Positions 48,366 through 64,000 of a stretch of 64,000 nucleotides of DNA are shown here, piece after piece. The position numbers and the translations under genes were made by a program. Origin of the DNA: the human T2T-CHM13v2.0 reference genome, Homo sapiens; assembly GCF_009914755.1 (NCBI RefSeq), contig NC_060929.1; one strand, 5' to 3'. Position 1 is the first letter of the stretch; each line of letters starts with the position of its first letter. The notes under the pieces were generated by a model. The model saw nothing but the letters and a program-made list of their open reading frames with translations. It was not told the origin of the DNA and made no database searches.

Positions 48366-50881
48366 TAGTAGAGATGGGGTTTCTCCATGTTGGTCAGGCT
48401 GGTCTCGAACTCCCGACCTCAGGTGATTCACCCGCCTCGGCCTCCCAAAGTGCTGGGATTACAGGCATGAGCCACCGTGCCCGGCAGAAAGTCTTTTTTA
48501 AATTCCCACTTCCTCTTTAATTGAGAAAGAAGTAGCTGCAGATTTGTCCCCAATCCAAACAAGAAGGCTCATCACTGCCCCCTGCGGGTCCTGTTGGGCA
48601 TACCCCAATGCACTGGGCCATGCCCTGGTGCCATGCCAGGCCTCTGTGATATCCCTGAGGACCAAGATATGATTATATCTGACTCAAAGTCAGATAGCCA
48701 GTCTTGGAATCCCAGCTTTACGACTGAGGTTATGAGACTTGGGCCTCCCTTCTGTAAAATGGAGATGATAGTATTACCTGTTTGTGAGTAAAGTCTTTGG
48801 CACAGAAACACATCTTTTTAGTGTGGTCTTGATGACTAGTCTTCTTTCTCAGAGTCTCTGCTTTCAGAGAACTCAGGCCACTGAAGTCTGACACCTCATC
48901 ATCTTAGGGGAGGCACTCTGGGTGGGGAGTTCCAAGTTAAGAGGGGCAGTGATGGTTCTGCAAAGATCTCCAACTCACAGCTTGATTCAACAAATGTCTA
49001 TCATTTGTCTACCGAGTACTAGGGTTGGTAGAAAGCCCTGGGACACAGACATGACAAAGACAAGTCCCTGAAGTGCTCCAGGAGGTGGGTAGAGCAAACA
49101 TGAACCCAGAACTTCCGTCCATAGTGCAGAGGGCTCTTAAAAGAAGAGAAACCAAAGGCTTGTGTTGTTGGGGGAGAGGGGTGGAGGGGAGGAACATGGT
49201 CTGGAGAAAGGAACAGCCAGCCCTGTACAAGACAGGACATGGGGCTGGTTCTTACAGGGTTAACAGTGTTGCTAGACAGGTAGATACAGAAAGGCAATTT
49301 GGGCAGCTGTAGCTGTCTGAGCAGACACTGGGCAGAATATAGCTTTTGGCTGGGAACTTTTTTCATCTTCCCCACCTGGAGCACATGTGGGTTTTGTTGT
49401 TGTTGTTATTGTTGTTGTTTTAGATGGAGTTTCACTCTTGTTGCCCAGGCTGGAGTGCAATGATGCAATCTTGGCTCATCGCAACCTCCACCTCCTGGGT
49501 TCAAGCGAGTCTCCTGCCTCAGTCTCCTGAGTAGCTGGGATTACAAGCACGTGCCACCACGCCTGGTTAATTTTGCATTTTTAGTAGAGACGGGGTTTCA
49601 CCATGTTGGTCATGCTGGTCTCGAACTCCTGACCTCAGGTGATCCACCTGCCTCCATCTCCCAAAGTGCTGGGATTATAGGCATGAGCCACCTTGCTGGG
49701 CCAAGTGTGGGTCTTAGAAGCTAGCCTGGGTTAGGTGCAGTGGCTCATGCCTGTAATTCTAGCACTTTGGGAGGCCAAGCTGAAAGGATCATTTAAGGCT
49801 GAGTTCCAGGCTGTGATAAGCCATGATTGCACTACTGCACTGCAGCGTGGGCAACCGAGCAAGACCCTGGCTCAAAAAAAAAAAAAATAAATAAAATAAA
49901 AATAAAAAAGTTTTTCTTGGGGAAATAAGAAAATAAATTTTTTTTAATTAAAAAATTAAAAAAAGAAGCCAGACAGTTGCATGAGGAAGGGCTCAAGATC
50001 CAGGCCCTATCCCTGGCCAGAGCATGGTGCACAGCAGGTACTCAGTAAATGGCTCTCCAGGGGCTGGATGGATACTGGGAGAGAAGATATGGAGGATGGA
50101 ATGATGGCCTGTAGATATTTTAACATGCTGTTTTGTGGAAGAGATTGCAGACTTCATTGATTAACTCCAAGGGGTAGAATTAAGTTCAAGGGAAAGAAAT
50201 TGGTTTTAAGAATAACCTTTTTCCTAGATTTGTACTTAATTGAACCTTTGCCTAAGTTATATGGCTTTTTAAAAATTAGAGGTTTCCTGTAAAAATTCTT
50301 AGGTGCCACCGGGACCCTAATCTTCTGGAGCTGCCAAGGGGGTCTGGGAGGAGACAACATCAAATAATTACACTATAACTTAATGATAGCTGTGAAAAGG
50401 GTTGTGAAGAAGCTGGGTCATTGGTACAATGGTTCTGAGTAGGTGACACTGGACTTGACATGTTGAGAATGGTGTTGAGGGAAGGATGCTGGTAGAAAGA
50501 AAAGGGAAGGATGCAGGCAGAGAAAACAGCTTGTGCGAGAGCCTCCCCCAAGAGTGGGAGTAGGGTGGAGGAGAAAAAGAACAGGGCTTGTTGACAAAGA
50601 GAAGGTCCCAGAAGAGGTGAGTCCAGATTGGAGAGGTATGCAGGGGTTAGACCATGTAGGGCTAAATCGGCCACAATTCCAATTTTGAATGTGAGGAACA
50701 CGGTTTTTTATTCACTAGTGTTTCCTCAGTGCCTAGTAGACTAGTGGCACTCCACATTTGGTGAAAGATTTTATCCTAAAAATTATGGGAATTCAGTTTT
50801 ATGCAGAGAAGTGAAATAATGATATCTTTCTCATTTTCATCACATATAAAATGAGAATAATGGTCATTGTGGTGAACATTC

Positions 50882-52456
<1,575 letters not shown>

Positions 52457-52934
52457 ATTCAATGACGCTTCAAGCGTTTTTGGCAGCTCTCATCAGTGGG
52501 ATCCGCATTAATAGTGAAACGGCATCATGGCGCTTCCCGCAGTTCGGGATTGTTTTGAACTTTCATCTAGAGCGTATTGTGGGTGGGGAAGTTGTGTTTG
52601 CTGAGTAGATTGTGACACTGCTGGCTTGGGTCACTCGAGGTCAGGGATGAGAGACTTTTTTTCCTAGAATTGGTAAGACAGGAAATCAATCAGAGGCAGA
52701 GCGACGCCTCTGGCTCTGGTCTAGTGGTGCAGCGTCTCTAGCCCTCGCCCCGCCCACCGTCCCCGCGAGGCGTCCACTCGCCGAGCCCCGCCCTCACCCA
52801 GCACCCACCCCGCTCCTCGCGCCCTCCCCGCCTGTTCCCGCCCTGTGCTGAGGCTGCGCAGTCGGTGCCATCTTCTACGCCCCTGGGAGCGTTGTGGCTG
52901 CTGTTTCCTTCGGCTTTCCTCCTCCTGCTCCACC

Positions 52935-58505
<5,571 letters not shown>

Positions 58506-58787
58506 TCTTGTTTCTCAATGTCACTCATTCCCCTCTCTCTTAACATCAAGCTTGTTTGTCCAGTAGAGCCTTTGGAGATTTAGGACCATAATGAGGTCTC
58601 ATGTTCTCTGCTCCCACACCTAAGCCAAGACCTTTGGGTCCCAGCTCCTCCCCTTCCACTCAGCACTATCCAGGCAGGAGGACCAAAAGGGACTCAGTGT
58701 GGTCTACTTACTCTGGGGCCCTAGAATCCCTGCCCCCCCGCCACCCTTCATGTTTGCTTCAGCAGCTGGTAGCTTTTGATGAGACAG

Positions 58788-58793
58788 AATAAA
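58788..58793 (+). terminator. TMCO6 poly(A) signal AATAAA
   Basis: First AATAAA after the stop codon. Confidence 0.8.
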
Positions 58794-58795
58794 GT

Positions 58796-58801
58796 TTTAT
58801 T
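58796..58801 (-). terminator. NDUFA2 poly(A) signal AATAAA
   Basis: tttatt on plus, ~190 nt downstream of the NDUFA2 stop. Confidence 0.75.
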
Positions 58802-58993
58802 TTTATATTAAGCTACTTTGCCTCAGTGGTTGCACAGTAAGGGGTAGAGGGTAGATGAGGACAAGAACACCCTGAGAAAGTATTTTACAGCACAAGCTTT
58901 ATGAGGAATAGGAGAACACATTTTTTTCACATTATACTAAGTCCAGCAGAGCCCAGGCTCTGGGGCTGTTGCTCTTAATCCTCAGTGGAGGCT

Positions 58994-61314
<2,321 letters not shown>

Positions 61315-61411
61315 ATGCCGGAGCGAGATAGTAAGGCTCAGGCCATCCGTTATTTCTTCCCCATGGCACTTGGGGCACTTGGCGCATTATTGTAGCTTCT
61401 GAGCTTAAGCC

Positions 61412-61457
<46 letters not shown>

Positions 61458-61933
61458 CGCTTGAGCCCGGAGAAGCCACAGGGTCCTAAGTGAGGCCGAC
61501 AGCTCCAAACTCCGTCCCCAGTCCTCACTCCTACTCCAAGTGATGATGGGCGGCTTTTGTGCGTGGATCGCTTTCCCCCAGTCCTGTCCCCATACTTAAT
61601 CCTGGGTTGCGCGTATTTATCTTTTACGTAGTATTTTAGACGTGATCTTCCGGAAGTCTTCTCTGATCCTCCAGCGCAGGATTAGGGTCCTCTGCTTTGT
61701 GCTCCCACAGCTTCTTGTAGTTTCCTATTTCAGCACTTATTACATTGTGTTGACACTGTCGCTGTTCTAACTTTTGTTCTGTATTGTTCACTACTATATC
61801 TCAAATTTTTGCATAGGATCTGACACGTAAGAGACTGATTAAATTAACGTCAATTTTTTTTGTCAGGTGAGCCGTTCTCCAACCCTTTGGCCCCCGATGG
61901 CCACGATGTGGATGATCCTCACTCCTTCCACCA
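61315..61933 (+). CDS. IK: IK / protein RED (spliceosomal B-complex factor), first two coding exons; gene continues past the window
   Basis: Exons 61315-61330 and 61867-61933 give MPERDSEPFSNPLAPDGHDVDDPHSFH(Q). Confidence 0.95.
61414..61455 (+). repeat. (TG)n microsatellite in IK intron 1
   Basis: ~20 TG units directly visible. Confidence 0.95.
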
Positions 61934-62209
61934 GTGAGTATTTTGTGCTAGGACCATGGAAATGAGTTGGGCAATGAATAGAAAAGTGGTGGTGATGGTG
62001 AAAGAATTCTGAATGTCTTGTCATCAAGGATGGTAAAAAATTATACCCGCTGGCCCTTTATCTCTGTGAGCCTTAACTGGATCAGGCCAAGTGCATAAGG
62101 GTATTAGAAGGGAAATTCCTGCAGGAAAGGTGTTAAGTTTTTTTTTTTTTTTATACGTGTTGTGTAATTACACATTATATAGGAATTACTTCTTCCAATA
62201 GCAAATTAA

Positions 62210-63230
<1,021 letters not shown>

Positions 63231-64000
63231 TCCTACTCTTTTTTAAATGCATTTATACACATACATGCATATCTGAGGAAAACACAACATTGCTTTGTGA
63301 TTTAAAATATTTGAGTTAAATGATATTATGCTGTATATATCATTTTTGCAACTTGCTTCTTTTTAAACCCTGCTCAGTGTTTCTGAGATTATCTTTCAGA
63401 GCAGTGACAAGCATTCCCTCCTTGGCTAAACTTTAGTCAGGTTCCCCAAAGAGTCCCATTTTTCAGCAGGACTCATCCGTGGCCTGCTGAGCACAGTTTT
63501 AACAAAGAAATCAACCACCGCTCCACCCCCATACCTAACCAAGTTGCTTTTAGTAATTTTCTATAAATTCTCACTTGTCCCTGTTGTATTCAGAATTAAG
63601 TTCAGTCTCTCTACTCTATTACAATGGTCTTGACTCTTGTTACAGTAGTCTTCAATAAAGTCTTCCTTGGGGAGAAGAGGAACTTGATTAGATATCAAGT
63701 TGGATTGGATATCAAGAGTGGGAAAACTTTCTGTGAACTGACTTAGGATTCCTTTTTAAAACTGAGGTCGGCAGGCCAAGGAAGAGCCCTAGTCAGAAGA
63801 GAGCTTTAAAGGAGTCTGACTTTAATTTGATCAAGAGAGGAGTCTTTGTTAGTGTACCAATTAAAATAATCTCTTGTACCATTAGTGCTGTCTTTCCCTC
63901 TTTGGGAAACACCATCATAGTTTAGTCAGTCTCCAGCTAATAAACGCTTAGTCTGTTTCAGACTGATTCTTTTCTTTTTTTTATTTTTTTGAGACAGAGT

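Overview
Human (or very close great-ape) genomic DNA matching the 5q31.3 CD14 locus. The last 19 kb hold CD14 (minus, 375 aa), TMCO6 (plus, 12 coding exons, 493 aa), NDUFA2 (minus, 99 aa) and the first two coding exons of IK, with MIR3655 in the IK leader. NDUFA2 and IK share a head-to-head promoter. The first 45 kb are dominated by Alu, L1 and ERV repeats but contain non-repeat material. The main finding is a chain of 6-7 splice-competent minus-strand exons at 4.3-8.5 kb. They encode a degenerate kinesin motor domain: five consecutive exons are open and in phase, while the two upstream exons carry lesions. This suggests a decayed single-copy gene whose 3' part probably lies left of the window. 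Other findings: RPL36 and CRIPT retrocopies, an internally deleted L1 with a short 3' transduction, a solo LTR with a strong G-to-A (APOBEC3-like) signature, two local templated duplications, back-to-back poly(A) signals for TMCO6 and NDUFA2, and a perfect 18-bp hairpin. Gene, variant and repeat-family names come from recognition, not from database searches. Repeat boundaries without TSDs are approximate.
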